From: an uncultured Porphyromonadaceae bacterium | Lineage (GTDB): Bacteria; Bacteroidota; Bacteroidia; Bacteroidales; Muribaculaceae | NCBI GenBank assembly: GCA_902491625.1 | Contig: CABUIO010000009.1 | Span: forward strand, 1,412-65,411 | DNA length: 64,000 nt | Direction: 5' to 3' | Part shown: positions 40,129 through 49,422 of the stretch, in pieces | How the letters are laid out: every line of letters begins with the position of its first letter | Numbering within the stretch: position 1 is the first letter of the stretch | Notes under the pieces: model-generated | Database searches by the model: none | Told to the model about the DNA's origin: nothing | What the model saw: only the letters and a program-made list of their open reading frames with translations | Made by a program: the position numbers and the translations under genes

Positions 40129-40554
40129 ATGTCCGTATTTGAATGTAAGCCTGAAATAAAACAGATCGCCGTGATCCTTCGGGAAATGTATCCCGGCAAG
40201 ACGATCCACATCGATCCGAGGTCAGTGGAGATAAAGTTCTGCCTCACCCACAACTACCGCCTCTTTTTCGACAGTTACGGAATTTTGTGCATCGAAAACA
40301 CCTTTGAGGAAAACTACTGCAAGACGCGCTACGGACTGCCGGAGACAATCCTGCTGTGGTGTGTCACCAAGTTCAACAAGAAGATTCCGACCGACGACGA
40401 CGTATATATAAATGTGACTCTGGCTATGAACAACCGCGACATCGGCGAGGACGCAGCCTTCTTCGACAACAACTTCATGGTCTGGAGCGGCACCCTGATG
40501 ACTCCCGGAATCAACACAACCGGTGCCTTTTCTCAGTGTTGCCCAATCCGCTGA
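40129..40554 (+). CDS. Hypothetical protein
   Basis: 141-aa ORF with its own TAACTTTG box upstream; no recognisable family. Confidence 0.5.
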   Translation: MSVFECKPEIKQIAVILREMYPGKTIHIDPRSVEIKFCLTHNYRLFFDSYGILCIENTFEENYCKTRYGLPETILLWCVTKFNKKIPTDDDVYINVTLAMNNRDIGEDAAFFDNNFMVWSGTLMTPGINTTGAFSQCCPIR

Positions 40555-40561
40555 AAATGTT

Positions 40562-40636
40562 TACCTTTGCAGATATAAAAACAAAACCCGACAGCTTGAT
40601 ATACAGGGGCTACCGGGATTCAACACTGCAAAGGTA
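40562..40636 (+). ncRNA. Candidate structured leader / antitoxin RNA upstream of the Abi gene
   Basis: 11-bp inverted repeat TACCTTTGCAG (40562-72) / CTGCAAAGGTA (40626-36) encloses the hairpin CCCG..AGC..GCT..CGGG (40587-40617). Confidence 0.45.
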
Positions 40637-40689
40637 GTGCTTTTTATCTTAAAAACAAAACTTTACCCCGAAAAGATTCTGAAATTCTG

Positions 40690-41391
40690 ATGAAATACGC
40701 GGATTTTGAGAAAATAATGTCCTCTCAACGTATGGAGAGGTATCTGACAGCCTGCGATGGAGACACCCGCAAGGCCATGACACTGTACCGTTATAATCTG
40801 CAAATTTCTCAGGAAATGTTCACTATAGTCAGTTGCTTTGAGGTCGCGCTCCGTAACGCCATCGACCGCAAACTGACAGAGAATCTCGGGGCGGAATGGC
40901 TTAAGGACTCCATAACGGCGAACGGTATTTTTACACAGCCGATATTGAAAAAGACCCGGGACATTATCGCTTTTGCTAACCATAAACTGCAACAGTCGCA
41001 GTCATACTCCCATCCGAAACTATTGGCGGAAATGGAATTCGGAATCTGGAAATACATGTTCTCGCCAATCCAATACCGTGTTACGGGACGGAATCTATTG
41101 TCGATATTTCCCAACAAGCCACGTTCTTCAAGGGAAATGCAATATAACCAGACCTATATGTTCAATGAACTTGATAAGGTCAATTCTTTGCGAAACCGTA
41201 TCGCTCATCACGAGACCATCTGTTTCGCAACCAATACCTCCACAATCGACACTTCGTATGTGATAAACATATATACCAAGATAAAGACCCTATTCTCATG
41301 GATGGATATTGACAGCAATTCCCTCCTTTATGGATTGGATCACATCAGTCGGGTCTGCGCCCAGATAAACAAGCTCAAAGCGGAGATTTGA
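40690..41391 (+). CDS. Abi_2 (AbiD/AbiF-like) HEPN RNase
   Basis: SSQRMERYL, LYRYN, FEVALRNAID, FGIWKYMF and HEPN LRNRIAHHE; AT-richer than neighbours. Confidence 0.82.
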   Translation: MKYADFEKIMSSQRMERYLTACDGDTRKAMTLYRYNLQISQEMFTIVSCFEVALRNAIDRKLTENLGAEWLKDSITANGIFTQPILKKTRDIIAFANHKLQQSQSYSHPKLLAEMEFGIWKYMFSPIQYRVTGRNLLSIFPNKPRSSREMQYNQTYMFNELDKVNSLRNRIAHHETICFATNTSTIDTSYVINIYTKIKTLFSWMDIDSNSLLYGLDHISRVCAQINKLKAEI

Positions 41392-41516
41392 CCCCATTAA
41401 GACGGCTTCATAACGCAGATTGGTCCTCCGATCCCGACAGACGGACCCGACAGTCGGAGGGCGTTTGGTGGAATACGGAAAAATTGCTAATTTTGCGCAA
41501 TCAAATCTTCAGGAAG

Positions 41517-42629
41517 ATGACAAACGACAAAGCCAGTTCCGACCGGCAGGATCGGATCACCCCGCGTCCGGCTGTCCTTGAGCTTGAGGACGGTTCCCGC
41601 TTCGAGGGTTTCTCGTTCGGCTATGAAGCTCCTACAGCCGGCGAAGTTGTGTTCAACACTGCCATGACAGGCTATCCCGAAAGCCTCACCGACCCCAGCT
41701 ACGAGGGACAGATTCTCGTGACCACATATCCCATCTTAGGCAACTACGGTGTACCTTCGCCCGACGTCAAGGGAAGCGACAATGTGGCCGACTATTTCGA
41801 GTCGGAGCGCATCCACTGCCGCGCCATCGTCTGTCAGGACTACAGCTGGGTGCCCAGCCACTGGCAATCGACACGCTCCCTGAGCCAATGGCTTAAGGAC
41901 GAGAAGATTCCGGGGCTTTACGGCATCGACACAAGGGCGCTTACCAAACTGTTGCGCGAGAAAGGCTCGATGCTTGGCAGAATCACGTTCGAGGGCCAGG
42001 AGCCTGTCCCCTTCAGCGATCCCAATCAGGAGAACCTCATCGCCAAGGTCAGCACACCCGAGGTTCGCGAGTTCGGTCACGGTGACAAGCACGTGGTGCT
42101 CGTGGACTGCGGCACCAAATACAATATCATCCGCTGTCTCACACGCCGTGGCATTCACGTCACTATGGTGCCCTGGGACTACGACTTCAACAGCATCGAC
42201 TTTGACGGTCTCTTCATCTCCAACGGCCCCGGCAATCCCGACTTCGCCGAAGCCACCGTAGCCAACATCCGCAAGGCCATGGAGTCCGGCAAGCCGATAT
42301 GCGGCATCTGCATGGGCAACCAGCTCCTTGCCAAGGCAGCGGGCGCCAAGGTGTTCAAACTGAAATACGGCCACCGCAGCCACAATCAGCCGGTGCGCCT
42401 GGCCGGATCGAGCCGTTGCTACATCACTTCGCAGAACCACGGTTTCGCCGTCGACAACGCAACCATTCCCGAAGACTGGGAACCGCATTTCATCAACATG
42501 AACGACGGCACCAACGAGGGAATACGCCACAAGTCGAAGCCTTGGTTCTCGGCGCAGTTCCATCCCGAGGCCTCAAGCGGTCCGAAGGACACAGAGTTCA
42601 TTTTCGACGATTTCATCTCCATGCTTTGA
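41517..42629 (+). CDS. carA: Carbamoyl-phosphate synthase small subunit
   Basis: GEVVFNT, LTDPSY, SNGPG, GICMGNQ, SQNHGF and QFHPE motifs. Confidence 0.96.
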   Translation: MTNDKASSDRQDRITPRPAVLELEDGSRFEGFSFGYEAPTAGEVVFNTAMTGYPESLTDPSYEGQILVTTYPILGNYGVPSPDVKGSDNVADYFESERIHCRAIVCQDYSWVPSHWQSTRSLSQWLKDEKIPGLYGIDTRALTKLLREKGSMLGRITFEGQEPVPFSDPNQENLIAKVSTPEVREFGHGDKHVVLVDCGTKYNIIRCLTRRGIHVTMVPWDYDFNSIDFDGLFISNGPGNPDFAEATVANIRKAMESGKPICGICMGNQLLAKAAGAKVFKLKYGHRSHNQPVRLAGSSRCYITSQNHGFAVDNATIPEDWEPHFINMNDGTNEGIRHKSKPWFSAQFHPEASSGPKDTEFIFDDFISML

Positions 42630-42644
42630 TTCCACACGACGACA

Positions 42645-45600
42645 ATGACTGACAAAAAGATAAAGAAAGTGCTGCTCTTAGGCAGCGGCGCCCTCAAGAT
42701 CGGCGAAGCGGGCGAATTCGACTACAGCGGTTCGCAGGCTCTCAAGGCTCTGCGCGAGGAACACATCGAGACTGTGCTCATCAACCCCAACATCGCCACA
42801 GTGCAGACATCCGAGGGCTTTGCCGACAAGATCTACTTCCTGCCGGTGACCCCATACTTCGTGCGCAAGGTCATCGAGAAGGAGCGCCCCGACGGCATCC
42901 TGCTCTCCTTCGGAGGCCAGACAGCCCTTAACTGCGGCGTGACGCTCTATGAGGACGGCACTCTTGAAGAATTAGGCGTCGAGGTGCTCGGCACTCCCGT
43001 GAAAGCTATCATGGACACCGAGGACCGCGAGCGTTTCGTGCATCGTCTCGACGAGATCGATGTCAAGACAATCAAGAGTCAGGCTGTCAACTCCGTCGAG
43101 GAGGCTCTGGAAGCCGCCGACCGCCTCGGCTATCCGGTCATCGTGCGCGCTGCCTACGCCCTCGGCGGTCTCGGATCCGGATTCTGCGACGACCGCGACC
43201 AGCTCATCACGCTTGTGGAGAAAGCGCTGTCTTTCTCTCCGCAGGTGCTTGTCGAGAAGTCGCTAAAAGGCTGGAAAGAAGTGGAATACGAGGTTGTGCG
43301 CGATGCCTTCGACAACTGCATCACGGTCTGCAACATGGAGAATTTCGATCCTCTCGGCATCCACACCGGCGAGAGCATCGTGGTCGCTCCCTCGCAGACT
43401 CTGAGCAACGAAGACTATCATATGCTGCGCAAGCTTGCCATCAAAATCGTGCGCCACATCGGCATCGTGGGCGAGTGCAACGTGCAGTATGCCTTCGACC
43501 CTAAGTCGATGGACTATCGCGTCATCGAGGTCAACGCGCGCCTGTCGCGCAGCTCTGCTCTGGCCTCCAAGGCCACCGGCTATCCGCTGGCGTTCGTGGC
43601 CGCGAAGCTCGGACTCGGCTACGGTCTCTTCGACCTCAAGAACTCCGTCACTAAATCCACGTCGGCTTTCTTTGAGCCGGCGCTCGACTATATAGTATGC
43701 AAGATTCCGCGCTGGGATCTCGGCAAATTCCGTGGCGTACGCCGCGAGATCGGCAGCTCCATGAAGTCTGTCGGCGAGGTCATGGCCATCGGACGCACCT
43801 TCGAGGAGGTGATTCAGAAAGGTCTGCGCATGATCGGTCAGGGTATGCACGGCTTCGTCGAGAACAAGGCGCTCGACATCCCCGACATCGACAAGGCGCT
43901 TGCCGAGCCTACCGACCGCCGCATATTCGTCATCGCCAAGGCTTTATACAACGGCTACTCTGTGGAACGCATCCACGAGCTTACGAAGATCGACCGCTGG
44001 TTTCTGGAGAAACTCCACAACATCATCGTCACCTCTCGCAATCTTGAGGACTACGACGAGCTTGAGCAACTTCCCGACGATCTCCTGCGCCTCGCCAAGC
44101 AGCAGGGCTTCAGCGACTTCCAGATCGCCCGCGCCATCTACGGCGACCGCATGAAGCGCGAGAGCGAGCCGCTCACCAACGCCCTGCGCGAACACCGCAA
44201 GCTGCACGGAATCACTCCGGTGGTGAAGCAGATCGACACCCTCGCCGCCGAATATCCCGCTCAGACCAACTATCTCTACCTCACATACAACGGCACAGAG
44301 AACGATGTCAAATATCTCCATGATCACAAATCGGTGGTTGTGCTCGGTTCCGGTGCCTATCGCATCGGCTCCTCTGTGGAGTTCGACTGGTGCGGCGTCA
44401 ACGCGCTCCTGACAGTTGCCAAGCAGGGATGGCGCCCCGTGATGATCAACTACAATCCGGAGACCGTCAGCACCGACTACGACATGTGTGAACGCCTCTA
44501 CTTCGACGAGCTCACCTACGAGCGCGTCATGGACATTCTCGATCTGGAGAATCCCCACGGCGTCATACTCTCGACCGGCGGACAGATTCCCAACAACCTC
44601 GCCATGCGCCTCGATTCAGCCGACGTCAACATTCTCGGCACACAGGCCAGAGACATCGACAGCGCCGAGGACCGCAACAAGTTTTCGACTCTCTGCGACA
44701 GCCTCGGTGTCGACCAGCCGCGCTGGCGCGAGCTTACCTCTATGGCCGACATCGACGAGTTCGTCGCCGAGGTCGGATTCCCGGTGCTTGTGCGTCCCAG
44801 CTACGTGCTTTCCGGCGCCGCGATGAATGTCTGCTCCAACGAAGACGAGCTGCAGCGTTTCCTTACTCTTGCGGCCAACGTCAGCAAGCAGCATCCGGTA
44901 GTCGTCAGCGAGTTCATACAGCAGGCCAAGGAGATCGAGATGGATGCCGTGGCGCAGAACGGAGAGATAAAGCTCTACGCCATCAGCGAGCATATCGAGT
45001 TCGCAGGTGTCCACTCAGGCGACGCGACGATCCAGTTCCCGCCGCAGAAGCTCTATGTCGAGACGATGCGCCGCATCAAGAAGATCTCAGGCAAGATCGC
45101 CAAGGCACTCCACATCAGCGGTCCCTTCAACATCCAGTTCCTTGCCAAGAACAACGACATCAAAGTCATCGAGTGCAACCTCCGCGCCTCGCGTTCCTTC
45201 CCCTTCGTCAGCAAGGTTTCCAAACAGAATTTCATCGACGTAGCTACCAAGGTGATGCTCGGCATCCCCGTCGACAAGCCATCGAAGTCGGCTTTCGACC
45301 TCGACTATGTCGGCATCAAGGCTTCGCAGTTCAGCTTCTCGCGTCTGCAGGGAGCCGATCCTGTGCTCGGCGTCGACATGTCCTCGACCGGCGAGGTCGG
45401 ATGCATTGGCGACGACACCTCTGAGGCAGTGCTCAAGGCGATGCTCTCCGTCGGCTACCGCATCCCCAAGAAAGCGATCCTGCTCAGCAGCGGCACGGCA
45501 CGTCAGAAAGTTGACCTTCTGGAACCGGCACGCCTTCTCCACCGCAAGGGCTACACACTCTGCGCGACGGAAGGCACCCACAAATTCCTTGAAGAGAACG

Positions 45601-45869
45601 GCATACCCTCGCTTACCGTCTACATGCCCACCGACAACCGCAAGCCTCAGGCGCTCGACATGCTCCACAACCGCGAGATCGACCTCGTGGTCAACATCCC
45701 CAAGAACCTGACTCCCCGCGAGCTGAGCGACGGTTACAAGGTGCGCCGCACAGCCGTCGACCTCAATATTCCGCTCATCACCAACACACGACTTGCCTCG
45801 GCGTTCATCTCCGCCTTCTGCGAGCTCTCGCTCGACGACATCCGCATCAAGTCGTGGGATGAGTATTGA
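42645..45869 (+). CDS. carB: Carbamoyl-phosphate synthase large subunit
   Basis: GEAGEFDYSG, duplicated ATP-grasp halves (GIHTGES / GVHSGDA) and MGS domain. Confidence 0.97.
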   Translation: MTDKKIKKVLLLGSGALKIGEAGEFDYSGSQALKALREEHIETVLINPNIATVQTSEGFADKIYFLPVTPYFVRKVIEKERPDGILLSFGGQTALNCGVTLYEDGTLEELGVEVLGTPVKAIMDTEDRERFVHRLDEIDVKTIKSQAVNSVEEALEAADRLGYPVIVRAAYALGGLGSGFCDDRDQLITLVEKALSFSPQVLVEKSLKGWKEVEYEVVRDAFDNCITVCNMENFDPLGIHTGESIVVAPSQTLSNEDYHMLRKLAIKIVRHIGIVGECNVQYAFDPKSMDYRVIEVNARLSRSSALASKATGYPLAFVAAKLGLGYGLFDLKNSVTKSTSAFFEPALDYIVCKIPRWDLGKFRGVRREIGSSMKSVGEVMAIGRTFEEVIQKGLRMIGQGMHGFVENKALDIPDIDKALAEPTDRRIFVIAKALYNGYSVERIHELTKIDRWFLEKLHNIIVTSRNLEDYDELEQLPDDLLRLAKQQGFSDFQIARAIYGDRMKRESEPLTNALREHRKLHGITPVVKQIDTLAAEYPAQTNYLYLTYNGTENDVKYLHDHKSVVVLGSGAYRIGSSVEFDWCGVNALLTVAKQGWRPVMINYNPETVSTDYDMCERLYFDELTYERVMDILDLENPHGVILSTGGQIPNNLAMRLDSADVNILGTQARDIDSAEDRNKFSTLCDSLGVDQPRWRELTSMADIDEFVAEVGFPVLVRPSYVLSGAAMNVCSNEDELQRFLTLAANVSKQHPVVVSEFIQQAKEIEMDAVAQNGEIKLYAISEHIEFAGVHSGDATIQFPPQKLYVETMRRIKKISGKIAKALHISGPFNIQFLAKNNDIKVIECNLRASRSFPFVSKVSKQNFIDVATKVMLGIPVDKPSKSAFDLDYVGIKASQFSFSRLQGADPVLGVDMSSTGEVGCIGDDTSEAVLKAMLSVGYRIPKKAILLSSGTARQKVDLLEPARLLHRKGYTLCATEGTHKFLEENGIPSLTVYMPTDNRKPQALDMLHNREIDLVVNIPKNLTPRELSDGYKVRRTAVDLNIPLITNTRLASAFISAFCELSLDDIRIKSWDEY

Positions 45870-45896
45870 TCTCGGCACAGACTTCAATCAATGAAT

Positions 45897-45928
45897 AATC
45901 AGGGGCTTAACGTCCCTGATTTTATTTT
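45897..45928 (+). terminator. Intrinsic terminator after carB
   Basis: AATCAGGG...CCCTGATT followed by a T-rich tract. Confidence 0.6.
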
Positions 45929-45987
45929 GCACGCAATCCGGCAAAAAAATTCTCCGTAAATTATTTGGTCGAATGAAAAATTGTAGC

Positions 45988-45995
45988 TAACTTTG
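45988..45995 (+). promoter_or_regulatory. -7 promoter element of the tRNA-Asn pair
   Basis: TAACTTTG with an upstream TTTG (-33-like). Confidence 0.6.
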
Positions 45996-46033
45996 CATCG
46001 CAATTCGGGAACGGAGGTTCCCAATCGCAAAAT

Positions 46034-46107
46034 GCTTCAATAGCTCAGTTGGTTAGAGCATCTGACTGTTAATCAGAGGGTCGTTGGTTCAAGTCCATCT
46101 TGAAGCG
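46034..46107 (+). tRNA. tRNA-Asn(GTT), copy 1
   Basis: GCTTCAA acceptor stem, TAGCTCAGTTGGTTAGAGC D-arm, TCTGA-CTGTTAA-TCAGA anticodon arm, TTCAAGT T-loop. Confidence 0.95.
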
Positions 46108-46128
46108 CAAACTTTCAAAAACACCATT

Positions 46129-46202
46129 GCTTCAATAGCTCAGTTGGTTAGAGCATCTGACTGTTAATCAGAGGGTCGTTGGTTCAAGTCCATCTTGAAG
46201 CG
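46129..46202 (+). tRNA. tRNA-Asn(GTT), copy 2 (identical tandem copy)
   Basis: Identical 74-nt sequence after a 21-nt spacer. Confidence 0.95.
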
Positions 46203-46205
46203 CTT

Positions 46206-46240
46206 ACAGAGGGCGGACATCGCAAGTGTTCGCCCTCTGT
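46206..46240 (+). terminator. Hairpin/terminator after the tRNA-Asn pair
   Basis: ACAGAGGGCGGACA...TGTTCGCCCTCTGT stem. Confidence 0.65.
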
Positions 46241-46258
46241 TGTATTTCAATGATAATC

Positions 46259-47254
46259 ATGCGCGACACGATCCTTATAGCTCCGGACAAGTTCAAAGGC
46301 ACGCTCTCGGCTACGGAAGTGACAGACATAATCGCCGACACTCTGCGCGAACACACCGACCTGAATCTCCTCCGCTGTCCGATGGCCGACGGCGGCGAAG
46401 GCACACCACATATTCTATGCGGACACAAAGTCATCGTCAGCCACGACCACATTGGTCTCCAATGCTTCGGCAGTACTCCGGTCATGCAACGCAGTAGCCA
46501 TCGGCTCGGCGAGGCTGTACGGCAGGAATTAACAACCGGCAATCCTTTCTATCTCGGCATCGGCGGCACAGCCACAGTCGACGGCGGCGCCGGACTGCTC
46601 CAGGCTCTTGGTGCGGCGTTCTATAATGCCGCCGGAAACATCATCCGGGAGCGAATCACACCGGCCATGCTTCCCGCAGTAAGTCGTATCGACCTTCCCT
46701 ACAACCTCAGCACATTCCTTGCCGGACGCGCCACACTCCTCTACGACGTCGCCGCCACGCTCCACGGTCCCGGACTCTCCTCCCTTGACTTCGCACGGCA
46801 GAAAGGTGCCACCGCCGACGACATTCCGGTCATCTGCGCCGGACTCGTCAACCTTGAAAGATTGCTGCAGCCCGTTCGCCACGCACCTTGCGACGGCGCA
46901 GGAGGAGGTGTCGGATTCGCGCTGGGTGCGATTGCAGGAGCCGACGCAGAGCAGGGAGCGCTCGCGATCCTCAGATCGAAAGAGATTGACTGGCAACGGA
47001 TCGCACTCGTCGTCAGCGGCGAGGGACGCATCGACCGGCAGACTGCCGGCGGCAAAGTGCCGCAACTTCTGCGCCGCGAAGCCGAGAAGCGCGGCATACC
47101 ATTTGTGGGCATCGGCGGCTATGTCACGCCCGACGCCGCCGAATCCTGCTACATCAGCACCATCGACGATACCCGCGACTTCGATCCTCTCGCCGCCCCC
47201 TCACGCCTCCGCTCCGCCCTCCACAAGTATTTTGCGAGCCATCAGAAACCATAA
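46259..47254 (+). CDS. Glycerate kinase (GlxK/GarK family)
   Basis: IAPDKFKGTLSA, PMADGGEGT, GIGGTATVDGGAG, QKGA and GEGRIDRQTAGGK motifs. Confidence 0.85.
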   Translation: MRDTILIAPDKFKGTLSATEVTDIIADTLREHTDLNLLRCPMADGGEGTPHILCGHKVIVSHDHIGLQCFGSTPVMQRSSHRLGEAVRQELTTGNPFYLGIGGTATVDGGAGLLQALGAAFYNAAGNIIRERITPAMLPAVSRIDLPYNLSTFLAGRATLLYDVAATLHGPGLSSLDFARQKGATADDIPVICAGLVNLERLLQPVRHAPCDGAGGGVGFALGAIAGADAEQGALAILRSKEIDWQRIALVVSGEGRIDRQTAGGKVPQLLRREAEKRGIPFVGIGGYVTPDAAESCYISTIDDTRDFDPLAAPSRLRSALHKYFASHQKP

Positions 47255-47259
47255 GGCGA

Positions 47260-47327
47260 CAGTCCGGAGGACTGATAATCTTGATGATTCGGAAGTAATG
47301 CCTTATATTTGTCGGCAGTCCGGAGGA
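47260..47327 (+). repeat. Extra partial REP-like copies (CAGTCCGGAGGA)
   Basis: CAGTCCGGAGGACTGATAATCTTG at 47260-83 and CGGCAGTCCGGAGGA at 47313-27 repeat the left end of the element. Confidence 0.8.
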
Positions 47328-47346
47328 ATACTCCCGCACACGACAA

Positions 47347-47989
47347 GCGGCAGTCCGGAGGACTGACAATCTTGTTAACCCCGGACAGCGTCCGGGGACA
47401 GAGGCAATACAAATAACACAACTCCGGAGGAGTTGAACAACAAAATAAGAATATGAGCAAGACTAAATCCCTGCACCACATAGTGTTTGCAACCAAACAT
47501 CGCAAACCCACCATCCCAGTGGATAATAAAAGAGAGCTGTACGCCTATATCTTCGGCATAATCAAAAACAAACGATGTTTTCTGCTCAGAATGAACGGGG
47601 TAGAGGATCATATCCACATTCTTGTAGACATAAATCCGACAGTTGCTCTGGCAGACCTTGTCAAGGAGATGAAGCGATGCAGCAGCCAGTGGGCAAATGG
47701 GAATCCGAAGTTTCCCTTATTTGAGGGCTGGGGCGACGGATATTATGCTGTGTCGCTTGGAGTTAACGATGTGGAATCTTGCAAAAGATATATTATCGGT
47801 CAGGAGGAACATCACAGGCATGTAGAGCTAAAAAATGAAATGCATGAAATGGCAGAAGAAAATCAGCTTGAATGGTACCCGGACGATTGGGTATAAGATA
47901 CAACACCTCCGGAGTTGTATCGCATCGCACGTCCTTGTCCCCGGACGCTGTCCGGGGTTAACAAGATTGTCAGTCCTCCGGACTGCCGC
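47347..47989 (+). mobile_element. RAYT/REPtron-like element: Y1 transposase within long inverted palindromic repeats
   Basis: Perfect 54-bp inverted repeats 47347-47400 / 47936-47989 and inner 18-bp inverted repeats 47418-47435 / 47901-47918 around tnpA. Confidence 0.85.
47453..47896 (+). CDS. tnpA: IS200/IS605-family (Y1 HUH) transposase, RAYT-like
   Basis: HIVFATKHR, HUH motif DHIH, WGDGYYAVS and catalytic Y in RYIIGQEEHH. Confidence 0.9.
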   Translation: MSKTKSLHHIVFATKHRKPTIPVDNKRELYAYIFGIIKNKRCFLLRMNGVEDHIHILVDINPTVALADLVKEMKRCSSQWANGNPKFPLFEGWGDGYYAVSLGVNDVESCKRYIIGQEEHHRHVELKNEMHEMAEENQLEWYPDDWV

Positions 47990-48113
47990 ACAATGGTTCG
48001 ATATGGTTCCCTTTGGTTCGAGAAATAAATTATTTCAGTTAGGTATTGTTCGCGTCAAAAAGGAGCCGGGAGGCAATAAGCGACACTCGCTCAACGTTGC
48101 ATAATCAGAGACC

Positions 48114-49319
48114 ATGAGAATACTGATAGCAAATAAATTCATGTACCCTCGCGGCGGCGATTGCGTGGTGGCGCTCAACACGGCGTCGCTGCTCCGCGCC
48201 CACGGCCATGAGGTGCGTCTGTATGCCATGGACTACCCTGACAATCTGGAGCTTCCGGACGCCTCGGGCTATGCCTCGCGTGTAAGTTTCGACGGTTCTC
48301 TTCCGGAGAAACTAAAGGCCGTGAGAAGACTCATGGGCAAAGGAGACGTGCGCGAATCATTCCGCAAGGTAATGCGCGAATTCCGTCCCGACGTGGTGCA
48401 TATGCACAACATCCACAGCTATCTGTCGCCGGTGATCGGCGAGATCGCCGCCTCCATGGGCGTGCGCGTGGTCTGGACAATGCACGACTACAAGCTTATA
48501 TGTCCGGCTTACTCGTGCCGTCGTCCCGACGGAAGCAACTGCGAACTGTGCTTCGGTGGCAATCTGCATGTGGCTCATCTGCGGTGCATGAAAGGAAGTT
48601 ATCCGGCGAGTTTCATAGCTTCGCTTGAAGCAAAAAGATGGAACCGCACCAGATTGCAACGCTTCTGCTCCGCGTTCATCTGTCCGTCGGAGTTTATGGC
48701 GGAATGCATGAACAAAGCCGGTTTCCGGAGCGATCTGCTGCGCGTACTCAACAACTTCGCCGATCCGGTCAAGTTCGAAGGGCGCGAACCATGCATAATG
48801 CCGGAGCCATATTTCTGCTACGTCGGCAGACTCAGCGAGGAGAAAGGTGTCGCCACGCTGTTGCGTGCGGCGAGGATCGCCGGCGTGAGGCTGAAAGTGG
48901 CCGGCGACGGACCGCTACGCGAGAGTCTGCAACGCGCCTACGAGGATGTTGCATCGATAGAATTTCTCGGCCATCTCGACGCCTCCGGCGTAGCCGAGGT
49001 GCTGAGCCGCGCATCGGCCTCGGTCATCCCTTCGGAATGGTACGAGAACAACCCTCTTGGCGTGATAGAGTCGCTTAGTCTCGGAACGCCAGTGATCGGT
49101 GCCCGAATCGGCGGCATTCCGGAACTTATCCGCGACGACAGCGACGGCCTTAAGCGCGGCGAGACATATCCCGCCGGCAATGCCGAGGCTTTGGCGGAGC
49201 TGCTGCTCGAATTCAAATCCGACGCCTACGACCGCCGACGCATAGCCGCAGCTGCACGCGAACGTTTCTCGCCCGGAAAACACTACGAGGCCCTGATGAA
49301 AATTTATTCCTTGCATTAG
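48114..49319 (+). CDS. Glycosyltransferase family 4
   Basis: YVGRLSEEKG and WYENNPLGVIESLSLGTPVIG motifs; Cys-rich insert after TMHDY. Confidence 0.88.
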   Translation: MRILIANKFMYPRGGDCVVALNTASLLRAHGHEVRLYAMDYPDNLELPDASGYASRVSFDGSLPEKLKAVRRLMGKGDVRESFRKVMREFRPDVVHMHNIHSYLSPVIGEIAASMGVRVVWTMHDYKLICPAYSCRRPDGSNCELCFGGNLHVAHLRCMKGSYPASFIASLEAKRWNRTRLQRFCSAFICPSEFMAECMNKAGFRSDLLRVLNNFADPVKFEGREPCIMPEPYFCYVGRLSEEKGVATLLRAARIAGVRLKVAGDGPLRESLQRAYEDVASIEFLGHLDASGVAEVLSRASASVIPSEWYENNPLGVIESLSLGTPVIGARIGGIPELIRDDSDGLKRGETYPAGNAEALAELLLEFKSDAYDRRRIAAAARERFSPGKHYEALMKIYSLH

Positions 49320-49422
49320 CCTCGGTATGGGAAAGTTTTGCTAACTTTGTGAACGGAAGCCGCGACAAAAGCATCTCCTCGACCGAACGCAAAAGCTTAA
49401 CCGGCTGTATTTTGCAATCATT

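Noticed and set aside
46034..46202. 74-bp direct repeat as a possible att-site duplication
   Set aside because: Both copies are complete tRNA-Asn genes separated by 21 nt, with no cargo between them.
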